A stretch of DNA of 64,000 nucleotides from Candidatus Dormiibacterota bacterium. GTDB taxonomy: Bacteria; Chloroflexota; Dormibacteria; Aeolococcales; Aeolococcaceae. A program made the translations under genes and the position numbers. Where the stretch lies: NCBI GenBank assembly GCA_963709585.1, contig CAVPXI010000023.1, positions 96,001 through 160,000 on the forward strand, given 5' to 3'. How positions within the stretch are numbered: the first letter of the stretch is position 1; each line of letters begins with the position of its first letter. Below, in pieces: positions 33,130 through 46,160 of this stretch. The notes below the pieces were generated by a model. It saw only the letters and a list, made by a program, of their open reading frames with translations, did not search any database and had not been told where the DNA came from.

Positions 33130-33641
33130 CCACGACAGCGACTGCGATCGGCACCACCCAGGTGTACCGGGTGTACATCAAGACAACACCCCAGGCGATC
33201 TGGGACGCGATCACCAAGCCGGAATGGACCGAACGCTACGGGTACTGCGGCCGCGTCGCCTACGACCTGCGTCCCGGCGGTACGTACACCGGGTACAGCA
33301 GCGAAGGCATGCGGGCGATGAGCGCCCCCGAGGTGGCCGTGGACGGCGAGGTCCTCGAAGCCGATCCGCCGCGCAAGCTGGTGCAGACCTTCCGCATGGT
33401 GATGGACCCCGCCATGGCGGCTCAGGGCTTCACGCGCGTCACCTACGAGATCGAGGAGCGCAAGAACGGCGTCTCCCGGCTGACCTTGACGCACGAGCTC
33501 GAGGGTGCCCCGGTGCTCGCGGTGCTCATGTCGGGTGGCATGGAAGACCAGGGCGCCGGCGGCGGCTGGAGCTGGGTGCTCAGCGGTCTCAAGACGCTGC
33601 TCGAGACCGGCCAATCCCTCGACGCCTCGGGGCACCAGTGA
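33126..33641 (+). CDS. SRPBCC/AHSA1-like (START) domain protein
   Basis: YIKTTPQAIWDAITKPE, GEVLEADPPRKLV, GW..VLSGLKTLLETG; coupled to arsR. Confidence 0.88.
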   Translation: MTTTATAIGTTQVYRVYIKTTPQAIWDAITKPEWTERYGYCGRVAYDLRPGGTYTGYSSEGMRAMSAPEVAVDGEVLEADPPRKLVQTFRMVMDPAMAAQGFTRVTYEIEERKNGVSRLTLTHELEGAPVLAVLMSGGMEDQGAGGGWSWVLSGLKTLLETGQSLDASGHQ

Positions 33642-33656
33642 GCTGAAACCGGAGGA

Positions 33657-33697
33657 GGCCCCGCGCGGCGCGGCGTGCGCTGCGCTCGCGCGGGGCC
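33657..33697. terminator. GC-rich hairpin between convergent genes
   Basis: GGCCCCGCGCG...CGCGCGGGGCC. Confidence 0.5.
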
Positions 33698-33733
33698 CCA
33701 CCCTGGCGGCGATGCTTCCCGGCCGCTGATCCT

Positions 33734-34288
33734 TCAGAGGGCGGGGCGCGGGCTCGCTGCCAGGCTCGAGGGGGCCGGCGTGATGGTCACGACGCCTTCG
33801 GACGAGACCGCGCACGCGTACTTGCGCCCCGTTGCCCGCTTGAGAACGTCAGTGATGTGGAACCGAACGGTCTGCTCGCTGATGGCGTCGATGTACTTGT
33901 TCGGAGCACGCATCGACCATATGCCGTCGAGATTGCGAGCAACGCACAGCAGCGAGTGTGGTTCGGCCGCATCGTCGAGAACGTCGAAGCGCTCGAGCGT
34001 CTGCGCGGACCACGGTTGCTGCTCCGACAGCGAGAAGGTGCCCGCATACAACGACGTGCCGGCCTGCATCACCAGACAGCAACGAGATGCCGCCGCACCT
34101 GGGTTGGCGGCTTCGATGCGCAGGGTGCTGCCCGAACCGGCGTCAAGGGCCTGCCACTGCGGGTGCGGCATGACGGGCAATCCGAGGTCTCGACGCCGTT
34201 CGGTCCGCTCGGCCCAGATCAAGGCCGTACCAATGATTGCCACGACCAGGATTGCGATCTCGATGATCAGCGGCCAATCCCAATCCAC
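33734..34288 (-). CDS. Hypothetical protein with N-terminal membrane anchor
   Basis: One TM helix at the N-terminus; TAACCT 6 nt before the GTG. Confidence 0.65.
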   Translation of the reverse strand: MDWDWPLIIEIAILVVAIIGTALIWAERTERRRDLGLPVMPHPQWQALDAGSGSTLRIEAANPGAAASRCCLVMQAGTSLYAGTFSLSEQQPWSAQTLERFDVLDDAAEPHSLLCVARNLDGIWSMRAPNKYIDAISEQTVRFHITDVLKRATGRKYACAVSSEGVVTITPAPSSLAASPRPAL

Positions 34289-34385
34289 AGCGCAAGGTTA
34301 GCGCCAAACAACCGTCATTAATGGAGCGCAGATATCGCGGCACCGCGCGCGGGTGGCGTGAAAGTGGAGCGACTACGATGACCCG

Positions 34386-35045
34386 ATGGCGTCTCGGTCA
34401 GACGTGGCCAGGGCGGACGGGCCGGCACCGCCGCGGCCCCGCCGAACCGCACGCGCTCGCTGGGCGCTCAGTCTCTCTGCGCTGGCGCTGGCGCTGGGGG
34501 TCACCGGCTCCAGCGCCGCCGTGACCCCGAAACCCTTGCCGATCAATGTGCGTGACGCGTGGGTCACCCGAACCCTCGACGACGGCCAGGTCTCGATCTC
34601 TGTGCCCTCGAACTGGAACGTGGGCGAACGGTGGGTCATCTCCGGTTCGTTCAGCGACCTGGTCGGCAGCTTCAGCAATCAGTTGCTGGCATCACCATGC
34701 ACCACCAGCGCGAATTCGATCGAGTGCGGTCCGCCGCTGACGACGCTGCAGCCCGGCGGAATCCTCGTCGAGGTGTTCTCAAACAGCGCCCTTAATCCGG
34801 ACTGGACGATCGGCGGCCAACCAGGGGTGCCGACCACGGTCTCAGGGCTCACCGCACAGCTCGACGTCCAGAGCGGTAGCCGGGGTGCGTGCGCTGAGTT
34901 GGGTGCTGACCGGAGTCGCACCGAGCTCATCGCCTATCCGCAGCCGCCGGAGGACTACATCGAAATCGCCGTCTGTTCACGCGGCCTGACCGATTGGGTC
35001 GGTGCCCGGGTGATGGCATCGGTGCGGGTCGTCCTGCTCGGCTGA
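34386..35045 (+). CDS. Hypothetical exported protein with four Cys
   Basis: Arg-rich then hydrophobic signal-like segment; TACGAT 6 nt before the ATG. Confidence 0.65.
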   Translation: MASRSDVARADGPAPPRPRRTARARWALSLSALALALGVTGSSAAVTPKPLPINVRDAWVTRTLDDGQVSISVPSNWNVGERWVISGSFSDLVGSFSNQLLASPCTTSANSIECGPPLTTLQPGGILVEVFSNSALNPDWTIGGQPGVPTTVSGLTAQLDVQSGSRGACAELGADRSRTELIAYPQPPEDYIEIAVCSRGLTDWVGARVMASVRVVLLG

Positions 35046-35064
35046 CAACCGGATCACGCGCGGA

Positions 35065-36243
35065 TCAGGCCCAGCGGCGGCGCGCCTTCGTGCGGCCTTC
35101 GGGTGCGCAGACCAGCCGCGCGAACAGACCGCGAATCTCCTCCGGGCTCAGCTCGAGGGTCGCGTCGCCGACGTGCAGCTCGAACTCCTGCAGCTTCGGC
35201 CCCAACGACACCCAGGGTCGAGCGAACGTCCAGATCTTCTCGGCTCGAGCGATCTCGACAACGCGTTCGCTGAGCAACTCGAGGTCCACCGAGAAGCGGA
35301 GATGCATCATCGGGCTCTGGACGGGGTCGGGGAGGACCTCGACGCCCGGGAGTCCGCGCACCGCATCGGCGATGGCTACGGAGTGCCGGTAATAGGAGGG
35401 CATGCGCGGCAGGCGCGTTCGCAGCGCCGAGAGCGCGGATGCGGCGTACGGCCACAGGCCGAAGGCCCGGCCTCCATGGCGCGTGCGCCAGACCGACAGC
35501 TCCTCGATCACGTCGGTGTCGCCGGCCACGCAGCAGCCGGCGATGCCCCCGAGTCCTTTGTAGAAGGACACGTAGACCGTGTCGAAAAGGCCGGCGACGT
35601 CCGTGAGCGATTTGCGGTGTCTCGCCGTGTAGAACGGGGATGCATCCCAGAGCCGGGCTCCGTCGAGATGGACCGCGGCGCCGCGATCGCGTGCCCACGC
35701 CACCTGAGCGGCGAGCTCCTTCCAGGAGGGCAGCGTCCCGCCGAGTGACCGTTGCGGCAACTCCAGGAGGAGCGCCGCGATCGGCTCGTGCACCTGGGCA
35801 AGGCTCGCCGATGACAGGGGCTCGTCGCGAGGTCCGACGGGCACACCGAACAGGCCGTTCAGCCGCTCGTAGCCGCGTTCCTCGTTGGTCTCCATGTGAC
35901 ATGTCGGGTGGAAGGCGACGCTGCGGCTCGAGCGTCGATCGGCGTGGACCCGGAGGGTGGCCTGCTGCGCCATCGTCCCGGTCGGAAGGAACAGCGCCGC
36001 GTCCTTCCCGAGCAGCGACGCGACCTCCTGTTCGAGCTCGGTGACCACGCCACCGATCCCGTAGTAGTCGATCTCGGTGCCCGGCGGAATCGTCGCCAGG
36101 AGCTCGTCCGCCGAGCGGCGCCCGTGGCCGACGAGGTACCGCGTACAGGACTCGGCGAGCGCCTCGAGCTTCAGGTCGCGGGAGAAAGCCGGCGGCGTTT
36201 TGGTTTTCGCGGCCGGCCGGTGCTTTCCCTTGTCCGCTGGCAT
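35065..36243 (-). CDS. Threonine aldolase / beta-eliminating lyase family PLP enzyme
   Basis: LFLPTGTMAQQ, HLDGARLW, YVSFYKGLGG. Confidence 0.88.
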   Translation of the reverse strand: MPADKGKHRPAAKTKTPPAFSRDLKLEALAESCTRYLVGHGRRSADELLATIPPGTEIDYYGIGGVVTELEQEVASLLGKDAALFLPTGTMAQQATLRVHADRRSSRSVAFHPTCHMETNEERGYERLNGLFGVPVGPRDEPLSSASLAQVHEPIAALLLELPQRSLGGTLPSWKELAAQVAWARDRGAAVHLDGARLWDASPFYTARHRKSLTDVAGLFDTVYVSFYKGLGGIAGCCVAGDTDVIEELSVWRTRHGGRAFGLWPYAASALSALRTRLPRMPSYYRHSVAIADAVRGLPGVEVLPDPVQSPMMHLRFSVDLELLSERVVEIARAEKIWTFARPWVSLGPKLQEFELHVGDATLELSPEEIRGLFARLVCAPEGRTKARRRWA

Positions 36244-36350
36244 GCCGTGACGATACGGGAGCGATTGGTGCCCGCGCCTGCTCGAGCGCCACCTCGTCTA
36301 CGACGCGTACTGCACAGGGATCTCGGTAATCGCGTGCATGGCTATCGGTG

Positions 36351-36378
36351 TGGAAACGGGGTGGCGCATCTGGCGTAA
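36351..36378 (+). promoter_or_regulatory. Candidate ECF-sigma promoter
   Basis: GGAAAC-N16-CGTA just before the lipoprotein GTG. Confidence 0.5.
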
Positions 36379-36385
36379 TACACGT

Positions 36386-36820
36386 GTGAAGCGGCGAATC
36401 TCGTCACTCGTGGCGGGGACGGTGCTGACGCTTGTCGTCGGCGCCTGCGGCGCGGAAAGTCCTCCGTGGCTGGTGCGCCACTACGTCGGCCTCCCGCCGG
36501 GCGTGTCATATGCCGACGGGCCGATCGGGATGCGCGATGACGTCGTGTGGACGGCAGCCCGCCGCATGGCGGTGGTGACCTTGGGGAGCTCATCGTGCCC
36601 GGGGCTTCCCATTCAACTCGACGTCCCCGCGAGCAACCTCCTCACGGTGACGGTGCAACCGCGGTCGTCCGGCCCCTGCACAGCTGACCTCGCCGCGACC
36701 ACGAGCGTCATCAAGGTCCCCGCCGCACTCGATGTCACCGACGACGTGACTGTCACCATCATCGATAGCGGCTACGGAGCAACGGTTTCGCTCCCGCCGC
36801 GCGGGGGCGCCGGCAACTGA
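36386..36820 (+). CDS. Putative lipoprotein
   Basis: MKRR-hydrophobic-VGAC lipobox; GSSSCP...CTADL motif. Confidence 0.75.
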   Translation: MKRRISSLVAGTVLTLVVGACGAESPPWLVRHYVGLPPGVSYADGPIGMRDDVVWTAARRMAVVTLGSSSCPGLPIQLDVPASNLLTVTVQPRSSGPCTADLAATTSVIKVPAALDVTDDVTVTIIDSGYGATVSLPPRGGAGN

Positions 36821-36908
36821 CCACCACCTCACCACAGGGTCGGCCCCGTCTTATGGGGGTCGCGACGCGCTGAACGCCCGTGAGTGCCCACCTGCTACAC
36901 TTTTTTGT

Positions 36909-38405
36909 GTGATTGCCTGCGCTATAAGTTGCGCGACCAGAGGCCTCGCCGGGGTGCCGGTGCGGGTGGAGGTCGACATCTCGAACGGACTCCCGGCCTT
37001 CACGATCGTCGGGCTGACCGACCGGGCGATCCAGGAGGCGCGAGAGCGGGTCAAGCCGGCGATCCGCAACGCGGGCTTCAAATTCCCTCAGCGACGGGTC
37101 ACGGTCAACCTCGCGCCGGCCGAGCTGCCGAAGGAGGGGACCGCGTTCGACCTGGCCATCGCGATTTCGATACTCCGGGCAGAAGACCTCTCGCTCCGGC
37201 TCGACGGGTTGGCCTTTCTCGGCGAGCTCGCGCTGGACGCGTCGGTCCGCCCCGTCACGGGCGTTCTCCCGATGGCAAGATGCCTCGCGGCCGCGGGCAT
37301 CCGGCGGCTCGTCGTCCCAGTCGAGAACGCCTCTGAAGCAGCGCTCGCCGACGGCATCGAAGTACTGGGCGCTTCGTCGCTGCAGGCGTGCGTCGAGTAC
37401 CTCCGCGGTGACGGACGCCTGGTCGCCGGGGTCCGCGACGCGTCGCCGCCCGCGCCGTCGCCGGAGCCCGACCTCGCCGCCGTGCGCGGCCAGGGCCAGG
37501 CGAAGCGGGCGCTCGAGATCGCCGCGGCCGGCGGGCACAACCTGCTGATGACTGGACCACCCGGTGCCGGGAAGACGATGCTCGCCCGGACACTGCCGTC
37601 GCTGCTCCCCGACCTGCGGCCGGATGCGGCCCTCGAGGTGGCCGCGATCTACTCGCTGCGCGGCACCCTGCGCGAGCGCCCGCCGACCACGCTGCGGCCC
37701 CCGTTCCGGGCACCGCACCACAGCATCTCCCGCGCCGGGCTCGTCGGCGGCGGAACCGGCCTGGCCCAACCCGGCGAGATCAGCCTCGCGCACCATGGAG
37801 TGCTCTTTCTTGACGAGCTGTGCGAGTTCTCCCGTCAGCACCTCGAGGCGCTCCGCCAGCCACTCGAGGAGCGCTCGGTGACCGTCGCCCGGGCTCGATC
37901 CGCGGTCACGTATCCGGCCGACTTCATGTTCGTCGGCGCCTCCAATCCGTGCCCGTGCGGCCATCTTGGTGACGCCCAGGGCTGCAGCTGCGAACCCCGT
38001 CAGCTCAATGCCTACAACGGCAAGATCAGCGGACCGATCAAGGACCGCATCGACCTGGTCGTCTCGGTGCCGCGCCAGGAGTATCGCGACATCTTTGACG
38101 GCGCCGACGAGGAACGCTCCGCTGCGGTGCGCCGCCGGGTGGAGACCGCCCGCTTCCGGCGGGGCGACCGTGCCGGGCACGGCAACGCCGCGATGACCGG
38201 GCGCGAGATCCTCGCCGCCGCGCGGTCCACGGCACCCGCGCGGCGCCTGCTGGCGCTCTCGGGTGAACGTCTCCACCTCAGCGCGCGGGGCTTCTTTCGG
38301 GTGCTCCGGGTCGCCCGCACGATCTCGGACCTCGCGGGCGAGGATCGGGTGGGGGAGGACGCGCTCGCCGAAGCCCTGCACTACCGCATCGAGATGACCG
38401 GATGA
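36909..38405 (+). CDS. comM: YifB/ComM Mg-chelatase-like AAA ATPase
   Basis: VNLAPAE, GHNLLMTGPPGAGKT, RPPFRAPHH, PGEISLAHHGVLFLDE, NPCPCG. Confidence 0.93.
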   Translation: MIACAISCATRGLAGVPVRVEVDISNGLPAFTIVGLTDRAIQEARERVKPAIRNAGFKFPQRRVTVNLAPAELPKEGTAFDLAIAISILRAEDLSLRLDGLAFLGELALDASVRPVTGVLPMARCLAAAGIRRLVVPVENASEAALADGIEVLGASSLQACVEYLRGDGRLVAGVRDASPPAPSPEPDLAAVRGQGQAKRALEIAAAGGHNLLMTGPPGAGKTMLARTLPSLLPDLRPDAALEVAAIYSLRGTLRERPPTTLRPPFRAPHHSISRAGLVGGGTGLAQPGEISLAHHGVLFLDELCEFSRQHLEALRQPLEERSVTVARARSAVTYPADFMFVGASNPCPCGHLGDAQGCSCEPRQLNAYNGKISGPIKDRIDLVVSVPRQEYRDIFDGADEERSAAVRRRVETARFRRGDRAGHGNAAMTGREILAAARSTAPARRLLALSGERLHLSARGFFRVLRVARTISDLAGEDRVGEDALAEALHYRIEMTG

Positions 38406-39292
38406 CCGAGCCGCGCTGGGTCGATTCGTCGTCGCCCGCCTGGCCCGATCGGCTCGCCCACCTCGAGTCCCCGCCGCCCGGGTTCTGGCAGCTGGGGACC
38501 ACCGGCCCGGTGACGCCCTGCGTGGCGGTGGTCGGCTCCCGGCGCGCGACGTTCCAGGGTGTCGACATCGCCCGATCGATCGGCAGCGAGCTCGGCGCCG
38601 CGGGCATCCAGGTGGTCAGCGGCATGGCACTCGGCATCGATGCCGCGGCTCATACCGGCGCCCTCGACGCCGGCGGCTCGACGGTTGCGGTGCTCGGCTG
38701 CGGTATCGACGTCTGCTATCCGTCCCGGCACGCCGAGCTGCGCGCGCGGATCATCGCCCACGGGTGCCTGATCACCGAGGAGCCGGCCGGGACGCCGCCG
38801 TTCAAGCACAACTTCCCCAGGCGCAATCGCATCATCGCCGCACTCGCCCACGCCGTCGTGGTGGTCGAGGCCACCGAACGCAGTGGAGCCCTGAGCACCG
38901 CGCGCTGGGCCGCTGACCTCGGTCGCGAGGTGCTCGCCGTGCCCGGGTCGATCCGCTCGCGCCAGAGCAGCGGCACCAACCTGCTGATACGGGACGGCGC
39001 TCGACCATTCCTGGGAATCGGCGATCTCGTCGACGCCGTCCCCGCCCTGTGGGCGGCGGTCCCAGAGACCGCCCTCGACACCCTCCCAGGATTTGCCAAG
39101 AGTGGCCTCGAGCGTTTCAGCCCATCGCTGCGGGAGATACTGGCACGCATGGGAACGCAACCGGTCCACCCGGATCAGGTCGGGGTCTCGCTCGGCCTTT
39201 CACCGGCGCTGGTCGCCAGCCGGCTGGGTGCGCTCGAGCTTGCCGGAGCCGTAATGTCCCTGCCCGGAGGCCTCGTGGCCCGTACCGTATAA
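38402..39292 (+). CDS. dprA: DNA-processing protein DprA
   Basis: VAVVGSR, VSGMALGID.AAH.GAL, FPRRNRIIA, SGALSTA. Confidence 0.94.
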   Translation: MTEPRWVDSSSPAWPDRLAHLESPPPGFWQLGTTGPVTPCVAVVGSRRATFQGVDIARSIGSELGAAGIQVVSGMALGIDAAAHTGALDAGGSTVAVLGCGIDVCYPSRHAELRARIIAHGCLITEEPAGTPPFKHNFPRRNRIIAALAHAVVVVEATERSGALSTARWAADLGREVLAVPGSIRSRQSSGTNLLIRDGARPFLGIGDLVDAVPALWAAVPETALDTLPGFAKSGLERFSPSLREILARMGTQPVHPDQVGVSLGLSPALVASRLGALELAGAVMSLPGGLVARTV

Positions 39293-39324
39293 CCGGCGCC
39301 CGAGCCCCATAGGAAGTCCAGAAA

Positions 39325-41642
<2,318 letters not shown>

Positions 41643-41646
<4 letters not shown>

Positions 41647-42221
41647 CCGGCGCGCACGCAACGACCGTCGTGGCGGTGCAGCGCGGCGGAACGGTTGCGG
41701 TCGCCGGCGACGGCCAGGTGACCGTCGGCGACATCGTGATGAAGGCGCGCGCCTCGAAGGTGCGCCGGCTCTTCCATGGGCAGGTCGTCTGCGGGTTCGC
41801 CGGCGCGGTCGCCGACGCCCTGACCCTGTTCGACAAGTTCGAGCAGCACCTCGACAAGCACCATGGCAATCTGGTGCGCGCCGCGATCGGCCTCAGCAAG
41901 GAGTGGCGCACCGACAAATACCTGCGCCGTCTCGAGGCGATGCTCATCGTGGCTGATGCCAACCGGATCCTGCTGCTGAGTGGCGACGGCGAGGTCATCG
42001 AACCCGACGACGGCGACGGCGTGGTCGCGATCGGCAGTGGAGGACCCTATGCGCACGCGGCCGCAGCCGCGCTGCTCGAGAGCACCGACCTCGGGGCCGA
42101 GGACATCGCCCGGCGGGCGCTGCTGATCGCGGCCCGGCTCTGTATTTACACCAACGACAACATCACCGTGGAAACCCTCGAGCTCGCCACTCCGGCGCCG
42201 GCTGCGCCCGTTCTCGCGTGA
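41643..42221 (+). CDS. hslV: ATP-dependent protease peptidase subunit HslV
   Basis: [45 protein letters not shown]. Confidence 0.96.
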
Positions 42222-43672
42222 GCAGCGCCGCGGCCCTCGAGCCCGGCCCTGGCGAGAGCGACGACGCTCCCCATAACCTGATCGAGGCAGTAGCCGGGGA
42301 GACGCTCCGCCCCGCCGAGGTGGTGCGCCGGCTTGACGAATACATCATCGGTCAGCGCGAAGCGAAGCGATCGGTGGCCATCGCACTGCGCAACCGGGTT
42401 CGCCGCCGCATGCTGCCCGAGGAGATGCGCAACGAGGTATTGCCCAAGAACATCCTGATGATCGGTCCGACCGGCGTCGGCAAGACCGAGATCGCGCGAC
42501 GGGTGGCGCGGCTGACGGAGTCGCCGTTCATCAAGGTCGAGGCAACCAAGTTCACCGAGGTCGGCTATGTCGGCCGCGACGTCAAGTCGATCCTTCGCGA
42601 CCTGCTCGAGCAGACCATCACCGAGCTGCAGGAGGATCGCGTCGCCGAGATGGAGCCGCGGGCGCGCGTACTCGCCGACGCTCGGCTGGTGGAGACGCTC
42701 CACGAGGCGAGCGAGCGGCAACGCGCAGCGCGGCCCCGTCCCGGTGAGGACGCCCCCCCACCCGATCAGGCCGCGGCGGAGACTCGCCAGACGCGTGCCC
42801 GCCGGCGCCGGCTCGCGCGCCTGCTGGCGGCAGGCGACCTCGAGAACGCGACCGTCGATATCGAGGTCGAGGAGCCCTTCCAGCCGGCGTTCGAGGGCTT
42901 CACCGGGACCGGGCTCGAGGAGGTGGGCGTGTCCCTGTCCGACTTCTTCTCCCAGCTCGCTCCGCCGCGCAAGCGCAAGAAGCTCATGACGGTCGCGGAA
43001 GCCCGCGACGTCCTCATCGACGAGGAGACCGACCGGCTCATCGACATGGACCGTGTCTACGACGACGCTATTCGTCTGGTCGAGGACTCGGGCGTGGTGT
43101 TCATCGACGAGGTCGACAAGATCTGCGGTCCCGCATCCGACCGCGGTCCCGACGTCAGCGGCGAGGGGGTGCAGCGCGACCTGCTGCCGATTCTCGAGGG
43201 CTCGACGGTGCACACCCGGTACGGCCCGGTGCGCACCGACCACGTCCTCTTCATCGCCGCGGGCGCGTTCACCGCCGCGCGCCCGAGCGACCTGATCCCC
43301 GAGTTCCAGGGCCGTTTCCCGATCCGGGTGGAGCTGAAGCCGCTCAGCGAGGACGACCTCGTCCGCATCCTCACCGAGCCCGGCAACGCGCTGACCAGGC
43401 AGTACGCGGCCCTGCTCGGCACCGAGCGGGTCACCCTCGATTTCACCCCTGACGGCATCCGCGAGCTCGCGGCCCAGGCGTACCGCGTCAACGAGGAGGA
43501 CGAGAACCTCGGCGCCCGCCGCCTGTTCACGATCATGGAGAAGGTGCTCGAGGACGTCTCCTTCGGCGCCGAGGAGCTCGCCGACACCACCGTCGTCATC
43601 GACGCCGCCTACGTGGGCGGACGCCTCGGCGACCTGGTGCGGAACCAGGACCTCCGCCGCTACGTGCTTTGA
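42218..43672 (+). CDS. hslU: ATP-dependent protease ATPase subunit HslU
   Basis: [51 protein letters not shown]. Confidence 0.96.
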   Translation: MSSAAALEPGPGESDDAPHNLIEAVAGETLRPAEVVRRLDEYIIGQREAKRSVAIALRNRVRRRMLPEEMRNEVLPKNILMIGPTGVGKTEIARRVARLTESPFIKVEATKFTEVGYVGRDVKSILRDLLEQTITELQEDRVAEMEPRARVLADARLVETLHEASERQRAARPRPGEDAPPPDQAAAETRQTRARRRRLARLLAAGDLENATVDIEVEEPFQPAFEGFTGTGLEEVGVSLSDFFSQLAPPRKRKKLMTVAEARDVLIDEETDRLIDMDRVYDDAIRLVEDSGVVFIDEVDKICGPASDRGPDVSGEGVQRDLLPILEGSTVHTRYGPVRTDHVLFIAAGAFTAARPSDLIPEFQGRFPIRVELKPLSEDDLVRILTEPGNALTRQYAALLGTERVTLDFTPDGIRELAAQAYRVNEEDENLGARRLFTIMEKVLEDVSFGAEELADTTVVIDAAYVGGRLGDLVRNQDLRRYVL

Positions 43673-43706
43673 CGCCTCGAGCGGAGGTGTAGGCAGCCGG
43701 CGGGGC

Positions 43707-43825
43707 TGGTACACTCCGGTCATCTCACACGTCCGGTTTCACGCGGCCGGCGGGTGCCCGGTGCCCCCGGGTCGCCGCCGCGGTTCACCCCGGACGGAGG
43801 CACCACACCACAGGAGCGACCTACC
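43707..43825 (+). promoter_or_regulatory. Extended -10 promoter and structured rpsB leader (S2 autoregulatory-type)
   Basis: TGGTACACT; CACAC then GTCCGG (43731) pairing with CCGGAC (43790); internal GGUGC. Confidence 0.55.
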
Positions 43826-44722
43826 ATGCCGGCAGTAACACTGCGTCAGCTGCTGGAGGCCGGAGTTCACTTCGGCCACCAGACCAGCCGGTGGAATCCC
43901 CGGATGCGCCCGTACATCTTCACGGCGCGCAACGGCATCCACATCATCGACCTCGAGCAGACCCAGAAGCAGCTCGACGTCGCCTGCGAATACCTGCGAG
44001 ACATCGTCGGGAGTGGCCAGAAGGTCCTCTTCGTCGGTACCAAGAAGCAGGCGCAGGACGTCATCGAGGAGGTCTGCCGCAACACCGGGCAGGCCTATGT
44101 CACCCACCGCTGGATGGGCGGGATGCTCACCAACTTCACGGTCATCCAGCGCCGCCTGCGCCGCCTCGCCGAGCTTCGGGTGATGCAGTCGAAGGGCGAC
44201 TTCGAGCGCATGAGCGGCAAGGAGGCCAACGACGCCCGCGACGACCTCGAGCGCCTCGAGAACAACTTCGCGGGCATGGCGGACATGAAGCGGCTTCCCG
44301 GTGCGGTCTTCGTCATCGACTGCAAGAAGGAGCGGATCGCGGTCACCGAGGCCAACAAGCTGAACATCCCGATCGTGGCGATCGTCGATACCAACTGCGA
44401 TCCTGACGACATCCAGGTGGTGATCCCCGGCAACGACGACGCGATGCGCAGCTGCCGGCTGATCGTGACCGAGATCGGCAAGGCGATCGCCGAAGGGCTG
44501 CAGCAATTCAGCGAGCGCGAGCTGCAGGAACGCCAGGAGGCCGAGAAGCGCGAGCGCGAGGCGGCGATCGCGGCCGAAGCGGCAGCGGTCGTGGCCGCCG
44601 AGCAGGCTGCAGCAGCTGCGGCGCACGCCGACGCGATCGCGGCGGAGCAGGCTGCGGCTGCGCCACCCGAGGAGCCGGCGGCAGCCGGAGCCGCCGCCGC
44701 AGCGGGGGAGGCGAAGAGCTGA
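43826..44722 (+). CDS. rpsB: 30S ribosomal protein S2
   Basis: LLEAGVHFGHQT.RWNP.M, FVGTKKQA, RWMGGMLTNF, DTNCDPD, PGNDDA. Confidence 0.98.
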   Translation: MPAVTLRQLLEAGVHFGHQTSRWNPRMRPYIFTARNGIHIIDLEQTQKQLDVACEYLRDIVGSGQKVLFVGTKKQAQDVIEEVCRNTGQAYVTHRWMGGMLTNFTVIQRRLRRLAELRVMQSKGDFERMSGKEANDARDDLERLENNFAGMADMKRLPGAVFVIDCKKERIAVTEANKLNIPIVAIVDTNCDPDDIQVVIPGNDDAMRSCRLIVTEIGKAIAEGLQQFSERELQERQEAEKREREAAIAAEAAAVVAAEQAAAAAAHADAIAAEQAAAAPPEEPAAAGAAAAAGEAKS

Positions 44723-45375
44723 TGGCCGAGGTCACCGCGGCGATGGTCAAGGCCTTGCGGGAGCGCACCGGCGCAGGGATGATGGACTGCAAGCGCGCCC
44801 TGGTCGCTTGCGACGGCGACATGGACCGGGCCGAGGACTGGTTGCGTGCCAAGGGATTCTCCCGTGCAGCAGCGAAAGCAGGGCGCAGCACCAATGAGGG
44901 CCTCGTCGACGCGTACATCCACCACGCCGGCGGCATCGCCAAGCAGGGCGCGCTCATCGAGATCAACTGCGAATCGGACTTCGTCGCCAAGACCGACGAC
45001 TTCAAGGATCTCGCGCACACGCTCGCACTCCAGGTCGTCGGCATGGCGCCGACGTACGTCCGCCGCGAGGATGTTCCCGCGGACATCGTCGAGCGCGAGC
45101 GCGCCGTCTATCGCGAACAGGTGCAGGGCAAGCCCGAGAACATCGTGGAGAAGATCCTCACCGGCAAGCTCGATGCCTTCTACGCACAGATCTGCCTGCT
45201 CGAACAGCCCTGGATCAAGGACGACAAGAAGAAGGTCGGCGACCTCGTGACGGAAGCGATCGCCAAACTCGGCGAGAACATCTCCGTGGCCCGATTCGCA
45301 CGCTTCGCCGTCGGCGCTGAGAGCACCGAGAGCGACGGCGCGACCGCGACCGCGACCGCGTCTGTGGCCGAGTGA
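44722..45375 (+). CDS. tsf: Elongation factor Ts (short form)
   Basis: [38 protein letters not shown]. Confidence 0.97.
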   Translation: MAEVTAAMVKALRERTGAGMMDCKRALVACDGDMDRAEDWLRAKGFSRAAAKAGRSTNEGLVDAYIHHAGGIAKQGALIEINCESDFVAKTDDFKDLAHTLALQVVGMAPTYVRREDVPADIVERERAVYREQVQGKPENIVEKILTGKLDAFYAQICLLEQPWIKDDKKKVGDLVTEAIAKLGENISVARFARFAVGAESTESDGATATATASVAE

Positions 45376-46160
45376 GCGTCGAAGCCATCAACATGGAACT
45401 TGCCGCGGTGGCGGGACGGGCGAGCGACGGACGCCGGCCGGTGTTCTCACGGGTGATCCTCAAACTCGGCGGCGAGGCGCTGCTCGGGACCGCCGGATAC
45501 GGCATCGACTACGGAGCCGCGCGCCAGATCGCCGAGCAGCTGACCCACATCGTCGAGCGCGGTGTTCAGGTCGCGATCGTCGTCGGTGGCGGCAACATCG
45601 TGCGCGGCACCGAGGCCGCCCAGCACGGGATCGACCGCGTCACCGCCGACTACATGGGCATGCTCGCGACGGTGATCAACGCGCTCGCGCTGCGCGACGC
45701 CATCGAGCAGTTCGGGATCGTGTGCCGGCTGCAGAGCGCGATCGCGATGCAGCAGGTGGCGGAGCCGTTCATCCCGAGGCGCGCGGTGCGGCATCTCGAA
45801 AAGGGTCGCCTGGTCCTCCTCGCCGCAGGCACCGGGAACCCGTTCTTCACGACGGACACAACCGCCGCGCTGCGCGCCGTCGAGATCGGCGCCGACGTGC
45901 TGCTCAAGGCCACAAAAGTCGACGGTATCTACAGCGCCGACCCGCACAAGGTCACCACCGCAACGCGCTTGCCGAACTTGACGTACATGGACGTGCTCAA
46001 TCGCGGCCTCGCGATCATGGACAGCACCGCGGTGACGCTGTGTATGGACAACCGCATGCCGATCATCGTCTTCGACCTCTTCACCCAGGGGAACATCGAG
46101 CGCGTCATCCTCGGTGAGCAGATCGGGACCCGCGTCGACGCCGAGGGCGACGCAGGGTGA
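45372..46160 (+). CDS. pyrH: UMP kinase
   Basis: [38 protein letters not shown]. Confidence 0.97.
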   Translation: MSVEAINMELAAVAGRASDGRRPVFSRVILKLGGEALLGTAGYGIDYGAARQIAEQLTHIVERGVQVAIVVGGGNIVRGTEAAQHGIDRVTADYMGMLATVINALALRDAIEQFGIVCRLQSAIAMQQVAEPFIPRRAVRHLEKGRLVLLAAGTGNPFFTTDTTAALRAVEIGADVLLKATKVDGIYSADPHKVTTATRLPNLTYMDVLNRGLAIMDSTAVTLCMDNRMPIIVFDLFTQGNIERVILGEQIGTRVDAEGDAG

